Origin: Squalus acanthias
Taxonomy: Eukaryota
Direction of reading: 5' to 3'
Length of the DNA: 64,000 bases
Assembly: GCA_030390025.1 (NCBI GenBank)
Contig: CM059425.1
Span: 166,286,001 to 166,350,000 of the forward strand
The first letter of the stretch is position 1. Each line of letters opens with the position of its first letter. Below the pieces are notes generated by a model. It was not told the DNA's origin. It was given only the letters and a program-made list of their open reading frames with translations, and did not search any database. The translations under genes and the position numbers were made by a program. This document shows positions 50,950 to 64,000 of the stretch, piece by piece.

Positions 50950-53900
50950 GATTTTAATGGAGAAGGAGGAGGAGGAAAACAGAATGTAGGAGAGGAGAGT
51001 GAGGCAGCGTCTGAGGAGAATGTGCTCCATTAGATATTACTCCTCACAAAGAGTGTACAGTGCACTCAGATCTTATCAAGATCTGAGTAAGGAGCTCCAC
51101 ATAAGAAGAGTGATGTTCATGAAAGAGATTACTGGTAAGTTGTGACAGCTTTTGCAAGAAGACCAGCAGCCAAGATAATCTTCCCAAACAGCTCTGCCTG
51201 TGGCTGTCGAGGTAATCACCGCACTCAATTTTTTTGCCATCACTTGATTTCAAGTAGCCACCTTTGTAACATAACCATGGCTGCTATCTGGGCATCCATT
51301 TGCCAGGTTACTGAAATCATATTCATAATATTTGGGGAATTCATACAATTTAAGATGGCAACAAGACAACGGTGTGTTCGGGCTGTACAGTTCTATCAAG
51401 TTGCTGAGCTGTCTACAGTTTAGTGCGCAATAGATGGCACTGTTGTAATACCGTTACCTCCTCAATAATCACCTTTGAACTTTCTAAACAGAAAGTGGTT
51501 CCACTTGCTTGCGGTTCAAATAGTGTGTGACCAACTCCAAAGAATTCTACACGTGAATTTTTTTAAATTCGTTCATGGGATGTGGGTGTTGCTGGCAAAG
51601 CCAGCATTTATTGCCCATCCCTAGTTGCCTTTGAGAAAGTGGGGGTGAGCCGCCTTCTTGAACTGCTGCAGTCCATGTGGTGAAGGTACTCCCACAGTGC
51701 CGTTAGGGAGGGAGTTACAAGATTTTGACCTAGCGACGATGAAGGAACGGCGATATACTTCCAAGTCAGAATGGTGTGTGACTTAGAGGGGAACTTGGAG
51801 GTGATGGTGTTCCCATGTGCCTGCTGTCCTTGTCCTTCTAGGTGGTAGAGGTCGTGGGTTTGGGAGATGCTGCCGAAGAAGCCTTGGCGAGTTGCTGCAG
51901 TGCATCTTGTAGATGGTACACACTGCAGCCATGGTACGCTGGTGGTGGAGGGAGTGAATGTTTAAGGTGGTGGATGGTGTGCCAATTAAGCGGGCTGCTT
52001 TGTCTTGGATGGTGTCGAGCTTCTTGAATGTTGTTGGAGCTGCACTCATCCAGGCAAGTGGAGAGTATTCCATCACACTCCTGACTTATGCCTTGTAGAT
52101 GGTGGAAAGGCTTTGGGGAGTCAGGAGGTGAGACACTAGCACAGAATACCTAGCCTCTGACCTGCTCTTGTTGCCACAGTATTTATATGGCTGGTCCAGT
52201 TAAGTTTCTGGTCAATGGTGACCCCCCGGATATTGATGGTGGGGGATTCGGCAATGGTAATGCCGTTGAATGTCAAGGGGTGGTGGTTAGACGCTTGCTT
52301 GTTGGAGATTGTCATTGCCTGGCACTTGTGTGGTGCGAATGTTACCTGCCACTTATCAGCCCAAGCCTGAATGTCGTCCAGGTCTTGTTGCATGCGGGCA
52401 TGGACTGCTTCATTATCTGAGGAGTTGCGAATGGCACTGAACACTGTGCAGTCATCAGCGAACATCCCCACTTCTGATCTTATGATGGAGGGAAGCTCAT
52501 TGATGAAGCAGCTGAAGATGGTTGTGCCGAGGACACTGCCCTGAGGAACTCCTGCAGCGATGTCCTGTGGCTGTGATGATTGACCTCTAACCACCACAAC
52601 CATCTTCCTTTGTACTAGGTATAACTCCAGCCAGTGGAGAGTTTTCCCCCGATTCCCATTGACTTTAGTTTTACTAGGGCTCCTTGATGCCACACTCAGT
52701 CAAATGCTGCGTTGATGTCAAGGGCAGTCACTCTCACCTCACCTCTGGAATTCAGCTGTTCTGTCCATGTTTGGACCAAGGCTGTAATGAATTCTGGAGC
52801 TGAGTGGTCCTGGCGGAACCCAAACTGGGCATCAGTGAGCAGGTTATTGGTGAGTAAGTGCTGCTTGATAGCACTGATGACGACATCTTCCATCACTTTG
52901 CTGATGATTGAGAGTAATTGGCCAGATTGGATTTGTCCTGCTTTTTGTGGACAGGACATATCGGGGCAGTTTTCCACATTGTTGGATAGATGCCAGTGTT
53001 ATAGCTGTACTGGAGCAGCTTGCCAAAGGCGCGGCTAGTTCTGGAGCACAAGTCTTTAGCATGACAGCCAGGATGTTGTCGGGGCCCATAGCCTTTGCTG
53101 TATCCAGTGTGCTCAGCCGTTTCTTGATATCACGTGGAGTGAATCGAATTGGCTGAAGACTGGCTTCTGTGGTGGTGCGGACCTCAGGAGGAGGCCGATA
53201 TGAATCCTCCACTTGGCACTTCTGGCTGAAGATGGTTGCAAACGCTTCAGCTTTGTCTTTTCACTCATGTGCTGGGCTCCACCATCATTGAGGATGGGGA
53301 TATTCATGGAGCCTCCTCCTCCCGTTAGTTGTTTAATGGTCCACCACCATTCACGACTGGATGTGGCAGGACTGCAGAGTTTTGATCTGATCCGTTGATT
53401 GTGGGATCGCTTAGCTCTGTCTATAGCATGCTGCTTCCTGCTTTTTAGCATGCATGTAGTCCTGTGTTGCAGCTTCCCCAGGCTGGCACCTCATTTTTAG
53501 GTTCGCCTGGTGCTGCTCCTGGCATGCTCTTCTACACTCCTTATTGAACCAGGATTGGTCCCCTGGCTTGATGGTAATGGTAGAGTGAGGGATATGCTGG
53601 ACCATGAGGTTACAGATTGTGGCGGAATACAATTCTGCTGCTGCTGATGGCTCACAGTGCCTCATGGATGCCCAGTTTTGAGCTGTTAGATCAGTTCTGA
53701 ATCTATCCCATTTAGCGCGGTGGTAGTGCCACACAACACGATGGAGGGTGTCCTCAGTGTGAAGATGGGACTTTGTCTCCACAATGATTGTGTGGTGGTC
53801 ACTGCTACCAATACTGTCATGGACAGCTGCATCTGTGACAGGTAGATTGGTGAGGATGATATCAAGTAGGTTTTTCCGTCGTGTTGGTTCTCTCACCACC

Positions 53901-55270
53901 TGTCGCAGGCCCAGACTGGCAGCTATGTCCTTCAGGACTCAGCCAGTAGTGGTGCTACCGAACCACTCTTGGTGATGGACATTGAAGTCCTCCACCCAGA
54001 GTACATTCTGTGCCCTTGCTACTCTCAGTGCTTCTTCCAAGTGGTGTTCAACATGGAGGAGTACTGATTCCTCAGCTGAGGGTGGACGTTAGGTGATAAT
54101 CAGCAGGAGGTTTCCTTGCCCATGCTTGACCTGAAGCCATGAGACTTCATGGGGTCCGGAATCAATGTTGAGGACTCCCAGTGCTACTTCTTCCTGACTG
54201 TATACTACTGTGCCGCCACCCCTGGACATATCCAGGGATGGTGATGGAGGACTTTAGGACATTGTCTGAAAAGTATGATTCTGTGAGTATGACTATGTCA
54301 GGCTGTTGCTTGACTAGTCTGTGGGACAGCTCTCCCAATTTTGGCACAAGTCCCCCGATGTTGGTGAGGAGGATTTTGCAGGGCCGACTGGGCTGGGTGT
54401 GCTGTTGTCGTGTCTTTAGCCAGTGCAGAGGTTGATGCCGGGTGGTCCGCCTGTTTTATTTTAAATTTTATTCTTATTTGTAGCGTTTTTTTACAACTGA
54501 GTGGCTTGCTAGGCAATTTCAGAGGGCAGTTAAGAGTCAACCACATTGCTGTGGGTCTGGAGTCACATATAGGCCAGACCAGGTAAGGATGGCAGATTTC
54601 CTTCCCTAAAGGACATTAGTGAACCAGATAGGTTTTTATGACAATCCGATAGTTTCATGGTCACCATTACTGATACTAACTTTTTATTCCAGATTTATTT
54701 AATTAACTGAATTTAAATTCCACAGCTGCCATGGTGGGATTTGAACTCACGTCTCCAGATCATTAGTCTAGGCCTCTGGATTACTGGTCCAGTAACATAA
54801 CCACTATGCTACCATTCCCAATGAATGCCAAATTTCCAGGCAATTGATATGACTCCGTATGTGCTCAAGAATTCCAGCCTAATTGATCTATTCAAGGAAG
54901 AAAGTCAAATGTCTGGATGGCTTTTGGGTGATAAGTCTTATTCCTTGCTCCCATGGATCATGGCCCCTCTGCAAATGACAAGACCAGAAGTTGAACAGCG
55001 CTACATCTAAGTCCATTCCTCAACTCAAGAGGTCTTAGAGTGAACTATAAGGCACTTGAAGAGTAGTTTCACTGAACATATCACGAGTGGCTCTGCAATA
55101 TGCTCCCAAGCATGTCTTTTGCATAGTGGTAACTTTCTGTGCCCTTCACAGCTTTGCCATCCAGAAAAGCCTGGACATGGAGGTGGAGATCTGAAGGGAG
55201 GTTGCCCCAGCTACTTTGGGACAGAGGAGAGTGGAGTGGAGCCTCATAAGGAACGTCATTTAAAGCAAGG
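50950..55270 (+). pseudogene. Old Harbinger transposase relic split by the LINE at 51559-54821
   Basis: AIDGT and NRK....L.VQIVCD before the insertion; NAKFPG and GWLLGDKSYSLLPWIMAP after it. Confidence 0.75.
51559..54821 (-). mobile_element. CR1/L2-group LINE (APE-RT, no ORF1) with a tRNA-like 5' head
   Basis: PDIVILTES (APE), GVPQGSVLG, MFADD; head with box A TAGCATAGTGG (54801-54811) and box B GTTCAAATCCC (54736-54746); flanks TGAAT/TGAAT. Confidence 0.88.
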
Positions 55271-55694
55271 GTGATGCTTTTGCATTTGTTGTTGAAATGC
55301 TCTTTTTTGGCTGGAAGCATTTTCTTTATTCTACACTGAACATTTTGCAAACTTTTATTTCCATTCCTATTTCTGCCTTATTGAAAAAGCTTTCAAGTTG
55401 AAAAGTCACACTATTCTGGTATCTTTCCAATTACTATTGTTGTGCACGTAGTACCCAACAATAATAACAACTTGCCTTTATACAGCAACTTGGCGCTGAA
55501 ATTCTGCAGAGGTTCTACTAGTCTCCTGCTGTAATTCTGGCCAGAGACTAGAGGAGCTCCAGGGCTGTTTTCCTGCTTGGACCTTAAATCTTATCATGTT
55601 AGGGTCATTACACACAAGATGTTTACCCATATTTATTTTGATATTCCTAACTAGATCTAGCAACACGGCACCCCTTGTAACCATACGAACCTAC

Positions 55695-55730
55695 ATCTTG
55701 AGGAAGGAGTCCTTTCCACCTTTTATCCAT
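55695..55730 (-). CDS. Candidate first coding segment of the host gene (MDKRWKGLLPQD) within exon 55695-55764
   Basis: Acceptor ...tttttctttcaaag at 55765, donor GAT|gtaggt, in-frame stops upstream of the ATG; phase 0 joins the exon at 40677; alternative donors exist. Confidence 0.35.
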
Positions 55731-56039
55731 TTACTCCCTCCTTCACCCAATCTTTAGGTGGAACCTTTGAAAGAAAAATCATAATCAATAATGTAATTCA
55801 AGCTTCCCCCAGCAGGGGTCCTTGTGTACCATATACACAACATAAACGCCAGTTTATGTATTTTCTTGTCATGTAACCCAATAACAAAGGCTGGCTGATT
55901 GTTAGAAATGAAGACGTGACAATAAATCAGCTTACCTTATGGCAGAGCAACAAGCTGCAATATGTTTGGTTGCAATTTTGGATTTGTTTAAAAGAAAGTT
56001 TTTGAGAAGTGCTCATAGACACAGAAGGTTCAGATATGA

Positions 56040-57370
56040 TTATATAGGTATACGGCAAAGAAATAGGGCATTCAGCCCAACCAGTCCATGCTGGCATTTA
56101 TGCTCCACTCGAGCCTGCTCCCGTCTTTCCTCATCTAGATCTATCAGCATAACCCTCTATTCCCTTTTCCTTCATATGCTTGTCTAGCCTCCCCTTAAAT
56201 GCATCTATACTATTTGCTTCAACCACTCCCTGTGGCAGCGAGTTCCACATTCTCACCACTCTTTGGGTAAAGAAGTTTCTTCTGAATTCCCTATTGGATT
56301 TCTTGGTGACTATCTTATATTGATGGCCTCTAGTTATGCTCTTCCCCACAAGTGGAAACATTCTCTCTGTATCCACTCTATCAAAACCTTTCGTAATTTT
56401 AAAGACCTCTATTAGGTCACCCCTCAGCCTTCTTTTTTCAAGAGAAAAGAGACCCAGCCTGTTCATCCTTTCCTGATATGTATACCCTCGCATTTTTGGT
56501 ATCATCCTTGTAAATCTTCTCTGCACCCTCTCCAGTGCTTCTATATCCTTTTTATAATATGGCGACCAGAACTGTACTCTAAGTGTGGTCTAACCAAGGT
56601 TCAATATGAATTTGGCATAACTTCCCTACTTTTCAATTCTATTCCTCTAGAAATAAACCCTAGTGCTTGGTTTGCTTTTTTATGGCCTTGCTAACCTATG
56701 GTGCAACTTTTAGTGATTTGTGTATTTGTACTCAGAGATCCCTTTGATCCTCTACCCCACCTAGATTCGCACCCTCCAAGTAATAAGTGACCTCCCTATT
56801 CTTCCTACCAAAATGTAATACCTCACATTTATCTGTGTTGAACTTCATTTGCCAATTATATGCCCATTCTGCAAGTTTATTAATGTCCTCCTGTAATTTG
56901 TTGCAGTCCTCCTCAGTATTAACTATCCCTCCCCAATTTGGTGGCATCCGCAAATTTAGAAATTGTGTTTTTGATTCCAAAGTCTAAATCGTTAATGTAA
57001 ATTGTGAACAACAGTGGTCCCAGCACTGATCTTTGTGGAACACCACTACCCACCTTCTGCCAGTGTGAATAGCTACCCTTTACTCCCACTCTCTGCTTTC
57101 TGTCTTGAAGCCAGCCAGCAATCCATTCTGCTACTTGTCCCCTGACTCCGCATTCTCTGACCTTGTTCATCAGTCTATTATGGGATATCTTATTGAAGGT
57201 AAATCCAGATAAATTACATCTACTGCATTACCATTGTCTACTCTCTCTGTTACCTCTTCAAAAAATTCAGTGAGGTTGGTCAAGCAAGTCTTTCCCTTTT
57301 GAAATCCATGCTGACTATTCATTACTATTTTTTTGGTTTCTAGATGTTCTTCTATTTTCTCCTTTAGTAG
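56040..57370 (-). mobile_element. 5'-truncated CR1 LINE
   Basis: [39 protein letters not shown]. Confidence 0.92.
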
Positions 57371-58174
57371 CAATGTACTGCAGTTCGAAAAATTGTCCAG
57401 TAATGTGAAGCTACTGGAAATTTAAGAGACCAAAATCTTCAAAGAAATGAGTGAGGCTTTGGCTAATATTGTTAGGAACACCGTGGACATATGGGAGTAG
57501 AATTTCCCCCCCGGGGTTCCCCGATCTCACGCGTAACTTCGGTGAAGGAACAGCAAAAGCCGCTGAGAAACAGCGTAAAGGTCCATTTACACATTTCCCC
57601 CCAGGATTTCTGTCAATCTTCCGTCGAAGTAACGACGGACGACCTTGAGAACCCCTACGTAAATTATAGGTGATAATCTGTATCTGAGCACTGGAGGATA
57701 GGAACATAGGAACAGGAGTAGGCCATTCAGTCCCTCGAGTCTGGAGGATAGCAAATATAATCCAAATACTCCAAAAGGAGTCAAACATTAATTAGAAAAT
57801 TATAAATCATTGAATTTGTAGTGAGAAAATATTCATGAATATTTTACAGAATGCTATCAAGTGTTCATTCAAACGCAGGGGCTATGAAAGGTTTGAAGCT
57901 ATAAACCTACTCGGATTCTTTGAAGAGGTAACTAAGTTAGTGGACAGTACTATCTAGTGGATTCTGCATGCAAGCTTTTTAATGTAAATTAAGGTTCATG
58001 GAATTAACCTCTAGTCTGCTGCTGGCAAATGATCCAGTCAGAGACAATTACATTGCTGATAATTTGAGTGGTAGTGGAAGTATATTTGATGTTTGCAAAT
58101 TGTAAGATGATTGACCTGGAGGCCAATTTTTATTATCAGTGGATATTGGGCGGGTGGTGGGCAGAGCCTTCACT

Positions 58175-61100
58175 TAGCCACAGAAATTGCGTACGGCCCA
58201 AAAACGGGTGGGGGCATCACCCGGCACTTTTTGCCTGCGCCCATTCAAAGTGGTGCAGGCAGCACGCAAAATTCATGCTGCACATTTACATGATTGCAGC
58301 GCTGATCTGAGCTCTAAACGCGATGCTGATTGGCTAAGCGCTCAACAGGAGGGCCAATATCGGGTGCAGTCTACTGGCAATAAAGTTTGGCCTAGTCTCT
58401 CTACACTACTTAAAGGGGAGGTGCTTTGTTGCAGAAGCACCTCATTGTCAGTCAAAAGGAAGCCATGGCCCAACAGCCGAGGGAAAGGGCTAGACGATTT
58501 TCTGATGCGGCACCTAAGGTTTTGGTCCTGTGGTCCAATGACGCCGTGACGTCCTCTACCTGAGGGGGGCAGGAGGCCTTCAACGATGACCACAAGAAGG
58601 ATCTGGGAGGAGATCGCTCAATCCGTCACTGCGACGAGTGTTGTCCCCAGGACCTGGATCCAGTACCGCAAAAAGTTTAATGACCTCACACAGCAGGTCA
58701 AGGTGAGTGAATGCATCATCAAATGCCATATAACACCAACTGCACCAGAAGCCTCACACACTGCTCAATGCACCACACCCCATCACTTACCTACCAACAA
58801 TCTCTACCTACCACCACTCATACCTCACAATCATAGCTTCACCTCACCCTCACACATTTACCACTGCTGCAAGATTCACACCCACATTTCATACTTGGCA
58901 CACACTGCCAGCTATTCAACCATGACAGGCACATCACCCAAACACATTGCACCACACTCACTGACGCACTTACCTTTCTCTTGCAGGCCAAGGTGGCTCA
59001 TAACCAGAGAGAGAGCACCAGCAGATGGGTGGAGGCCAAGCAAAACTTGACAACCTGACAGACCTGGAGGAAGCAGTGCTGGACATCATTGGAGGGGCAG
59101 TGACAGAGTCCATGGCGCGTGGAGCAGTGGAAAACATTGCTAATGATGACAGTATGTTCATACCTAATCCTTCTTCTCACATCCCACTTCCTCCTCATCC
59201 CACAATCTCTTCTCACTTACAAGCTGCTGAATGCATGGGTATCTTGCTTTCCCCCTCCCCTCACCACAACCCAACCCTTGTGCATTTCTCCTTTCAGATA
59301 CCCAAGAACTCCAACCAGGCCAGCCAGTCCCCAAAGTCATGGAGGAGGACAGTGAAAGAGAAGAAGCCTCACCGTCACTGCATCTGACACTTGCAGGCAC
59401 CAGCTCAGGAAATGACACTGCGTGAACTTTAGAAGGTAGTATAGAGGCGGGCTCTGCACATGGTGAGTCACTGGGCATGAGTGGGCTGCAGCCGAGCCAG
59501 GGGGAAAGGGTAGCTCAGGTGCCAGCTCCCTGGAGGGCGAGTTCGCGCACAAGTTCTGCTCCACAGGATTCAGATGAGGACCTCGATGGGGTGGCCTTCA
59601 GAAGAAGGGTGATGGGCATCCACATGGAAATGCTTGGTGCAATGGCAAGCCTGCCAGAAAGCCTCTTGTCAGTGTCAAGGAGCATGGAGGAGTCCGGCTT
59701 CAACATTGCACGGGGTTTAGCGCAGAGCTTGGAGCCCAGGATTTCCATAATGGAAATAATGGGCAACTCCATGAGAGAACTTGTGGACCCAAACATGATG
59801 CTGGGTGTAATGGATGATCTTGCAGCTTCCATTGCAGCACAGGTGGAAGTGACCCAATGTCGAAGTGCAGCAATGGAAGTGCAGACTGGTCTTCTGCAGT
59901 CTCAGCTTGCTGCCACGCAAGCTCAGACTGCAGCCATCATGGCTGAGTTTACGAGTGTTGAACGGGGCTTGCAGGGTGTCACAGCGGGCCAGAATCTGTG
60001 CTCCAAAGATGGCTAGGAATTCTGAGGCACCGCCCAGGGGAGTGGCAGTGGCTCTGTGAAGCAAGAACCTGCTGTCCTCTCTCAGGATGACAGCATTTGT
60101 ACTCCCACCACTGCCACTCCGTCAGTGCCCTTGCTGCTGCCTGTCATCCAGCCAGCCCAGACTGTGGCCGCCCATGCTGAGGTAGTGCAGTCTACAGCTG
60201 GGCTTTATAGGTCCATAGTTGGTCAAGGTTGTCCTGCAAGGCCATCTGTAGGCTCCCCCACTGAAAGTCAGCAGCTGTCCGCTAGCCATGCTGCAGCCAC
60301 TGGGGGAGCACTTCGTAGGAGCACCAGAGTAGGAAAAGGCACACAAAAGACAGACACTAAGGGAGTGCACAAGGGTGATTAGTTGACTTTGTTCTTTTGA
60401 TTTGAATTTGATAATTTTATAAATTATGTTTGGAATGTATGTTTTGTGGTGACTCTCATTTCAGCTTTGCGCTCAGGAGGAAGCTGTGATGTTCTTTGAC
60501 AGAGAGATGAAAAGATGGGGAAGTGGTGAGCAACAGGGATCTGAGGTTTCATTCACCGGAATCAGAGTCTGATGAGATGCTCATGGACAGCCCGTCCGGA
60601 ACAGGGATCTGCTGCCTGCCTCCTCCCTCCTCCTCCTCTTCCTCTTCTTTCTCTTCTTCCTCCTCCTTCTGAGGTGGTTATGAAACATGTGTTGGCAAGG
60701 GCTTCGCGTTCTTGATGGCCAAGTTGTGGAGCATGCAGCAGATCACCACTAAATGGGACATCCGCGTGTACTGGAAGGTTCCTCTCGAGCGGTCAATGTA
60801 GTGGAACCGTTGCTTGAGTACCGCGATGGTCTGCTTGATGAAGCTCCTGGTGGCAGCATGGCTGTCATTATATGAGTGCTGGCCTTAAGTAGTGCGATTG
60901 AGGAGGGGAGTCATCAGCCAGGTGTAGAGCGGATAGCCCTTGTCTCCGAGCAGCCACCTTCAGGTTCAATGTGGTGGCTGGAAGCTTGCTGGCACACCGG
61001 ACTGGCGTAGGATGAAGGCATCATGACTGCTGCCCGGATAACAGGCATTCAACATCATGATGCACTGGGCATGGTCACACAACAACTGCACATTACGTTA

Positions 61101-62184
61101 GTGGTAGACTTTGCGGTTATGGAACATCTCAGGATTGGTATACGGCACCACAAAGCCACATGTGTGCAGTCGATGGCGCTCTGCACCATGGGGAAGGCTG
61201 TTATCCTGGCAAAGCCACATGCACGCTTGCCCTGCGACCATGAAGTCCCTTCTCCTGGAGTAGAGAGTCTCTATGACCTCTCGGATGCAGCGATGGACGG
61301 CAAACTAAGAGGTGTTAGCTACTTCTCCTGCTCCAGACTGGAAGGATCTGGTGGTGAAAAAATTGAGGGTCATGGTGACCTTGAGGGCCACTGGGAGAGC
61401 CATCGTCACCCTGCTCTGAGGCTGCAGGTCTGGGTGCAGGAGGTGGCAGAGTTCTGTGGCCACCTCCTTGGTGAAACAGAGCCTCCTAATACACTGCTCC
61501 TGGCTTAAGTGCACATAGGAGAAGGGTCTCGGAAGACACTAGGTGGGTAAGGCCTCCTGCTGAGAGCCCTCCTGTCCCTCCTTCTCCTCCCTCTGCGAGC
61601 ATCTTGTCCTCTTCTTCGTTGTCTCCGCTCCATCTCCCTATCATGCTCGAGTGCGAGGGGGGCTGCAAGTAGAGCCCCCATGACTGGGAGCAAGTGGTCT
61701 GAGCAGAAGCTTTTAAATGAGAAGCAAGATGTTCTCCACTTGTAGCAACACTCCCTGTGACCTCAGCAACTTTAAATAACTGTAGAAAGCTCCAAACAGT
61801 TGTGCAATCTTACACAGAGTCAGTAGAACTGAAAAAGCAAGTCAGCTGCAAGTTGTTGATGATCCCTTTAAATAGCGCTGCTGGGGGGGCCTTCCTGCTG
61901 CTGAATGCAAGGTCAGCTGGTCATGATTAGGAGAGGGCGTTAAATGGAGCAGCAACATCCAAAATGACAGATCATGCGTCAAATCAGCGTTGCACTCATT
62001 GATGTCACAATCTGCCTCATCTAAATGTGCGGAGCGAGCACTGGCAACGGCAGCGGTGCCGATGTCCCAAAAATGGCGGCTGCTGCGGGACCCGCCAGAA
62101 GCGAGCGGAAGCGAGGTGGCTGCCATTTTCTTCAGCAAAACATGCCTTAACGGCCAGCGCTAAACCAACAAATTTCACGGCCCC
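58175..62184. mobile_element. Near-full-length Harbinger (~4 kb): three-exon Myb/SANT gene 58465-60382(+) and transposase ~60520-61682(-), both disrupted
   Basis: Same family as 43318-46364; GT-AG introns 58703-58986 and 59152-59297; EQCIRRLCFTKE...LPVALKVT; terminus AAATTTCACGGCCCC. Confidence 0.92.
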
Positions 62185-62344
62185 ATGTCTTCGGTGAGAA
62201 GCTGGAGCCAATTTGCTGGTCAGGCTTCATTTGCATCTGATTGGTGAGCTGTGAGCACTGAACCACCCCAGACAGGCAGCTCGCCAGTTGTGGTGGTGGG
62301 GGGCGGGGGCAGAATTCGGCAGCTCCTCTGTGGAGCCAAGCCAT

Positions 62345-62997
62345 ACATAGAAAATAGAACAGTACAGCACAGTACAGGCCCTTCGGCCCTCGATGTTGTG
62401 CCGAGCATTGTCCGAGACCAAGATCAAGCTATCACACTCCCTATCACTCTGGTGTGCTCCATGTGCTTATCCAATAACCGCTTGAAAGTTCCTAAAGTGT
62501 CCGACTCCACTATCACAGCAGGCAGTCCATTCCACACCCCAACCACTCTCTGAGTAAAGAATCTACCTCGGACATCCCTTTTATATCTCCCCCCATGCAC
62601 CTTATAGTTATGCCCCCTTGTAACAGCTGCCTCTACCCGAGGAAATAGTCTCTGAACATCCACTCTATCTATCCCCCTCATCATCTTATAAACCTCTATT
62701 AAGTCGCCTCTCATCCTCCTCCTCTCTAAAGAGAAAAGCCCCAACTCCCTCAATCTTTCCTCATAAGACCTCTCCCCCAAACCAGGCAGCATCCTGGTAA
62801 ATCTCCTTTGCACTCTTTCCAATGCTTCCACGTCCTTCCTATAGTGAGGTGACCAGAACTGCACACAATATTCCAAATGCGGTCTCACCAAGGTCCTGTA
62901 CAGTTGCAGCATAACCTCACGGTTCTTAAACTCAAACCCTCTGTTAATAAACGGCAACACACCATAGGCCTTCTTTACTGCTCTATCCACTTGAGTC
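62345..62997 (-). mobile_element. CR1 3' fragment
   Basis: ORF 62424..62990 VRPHLEYCVQFWSP... Confidence 0.93.
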
Positions 62998-64000
62998 TGT
63001 AAGGGTTTCTCTGAACCTGTGAGATTCGTGTGGCTCTGTGCTTAGCCTGGATGCTAGTGCGAGTTTAGGCCTTGTTGCCTGTTCTGGTCTCCAGCCAGTC
63101 TGGGAGCACTAGACACCTGTGAGTGGTTCGACCCACTCGCCCTTACGGTTCTGACACTGGACTTAGATGCGAGAGCAGTAATGGAGAGAAAACTCAGGTA
63201 GACCCGGTTGAATGGTACGAAATGGAAAATCTTTATTGCATATTATTCAAGATTACGAAATACATGTCATAAGCACAGATTAATGACAGTACAATCTTAC
63301 ACGCAGTTATGTAACTAATTTCAGGGAAACGAGGAACGAACGACACATCATAAATGGGGGCACACATTACAGTTATCCTTAAAACTTAAACCCTCCCCTA
63401 TCAATACCTGCTCTAAACTAGACTGGTAGGATCGAGACTCATGCTCACCACTCGTGATAACTCGGAGAATTCCGAAAACTCTGATCGGATGTTTTTCACC
63501 GCAGCACCTGATCACCCACGTGTTGGTCAGGGGTCTCTGTACCCCACTTGTTTACTCGTTTCTGCTCCGGCTAGCAGGCTGGACCGTCTGCTGTCATGAA
63601 GATCTGTGTTGTCCTCGGAGTTCCGACACTACTCAAAGAAGAGTCTTCCTGTGCCCTCGCACTGATGCGATAAAATTCGAAGAATAGTCTTCCTGCCAGT
63701 TCTGTAAAATTCAAAGATGGTCTTCCTGGGCAAGGAAAGTGTCTATTCGACCTACAGGCGCGGTCGGGGCTTACTGACCGTGGCGATACGTGTGGTCGTC
63801 TTCTTCTCTTCTCATCTCATCTCATCTCATCTCATCTCGGGCCTTCGGTTCCAACACCGTTTACCGACTTCTCGGGATGGTGTGCCCGTTCCAAGGCTTC
63901 ACAGCCCAGTTCCACACAGATCTTCGCGGCAAGCCACGAGGCAGATCCTGGCGGATCGTAAAGTTCAACAGTCTTTAAAAGCTGCAAGAGGCAGAGACAC
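62998..64000 (-). mobile_element. Candidate LTR running off the window end
   Basis: Begins TGTAAGGGTTT like 46735; minus-strand AATAAA at 63232-63237; abruptly truncates the CR1; (ATCTC)n at ~63810-63838. Confidence 0.5.

Overview
Eukaryotic (not prokaryotic) DNA, very probably from a shark or other elasmobranch, judged from an HE1/V-SINE, a Deu-type SINE and a repeat mix of CR1, L2, RTE, Penelope and Harbinger elements. Most of the window is transposon-derived. It holds two young Gypsy (Mag-like) proviruses nested in one full-length CR1 LINE, a 5'-inverted RTE, three large Harbinger elements, Penelope copies, MITEs, candidate solo LTRs, a 17-bp satellite and a 30-bp G-rich minisatellite. A minus-strand host gene that I cannot name appears to thread through the repeats as small phase-compatible exons (about 55.7 kb down to 4.1 kb). 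The most interesting signal is in the two Gypsy elements. Neither has a tRNA primer-binding site. Each instead carries an 11-13 nt sequence complementary to its own LTR segment containing the ATTAAA poly(A) signal, within a conserved multi-stem fold, and both have a YLDN rather than YxDD reverse-transcriptase motif. All calls are by eye, and boundaries not backed by a target-site duplication (TSD) are approximate.
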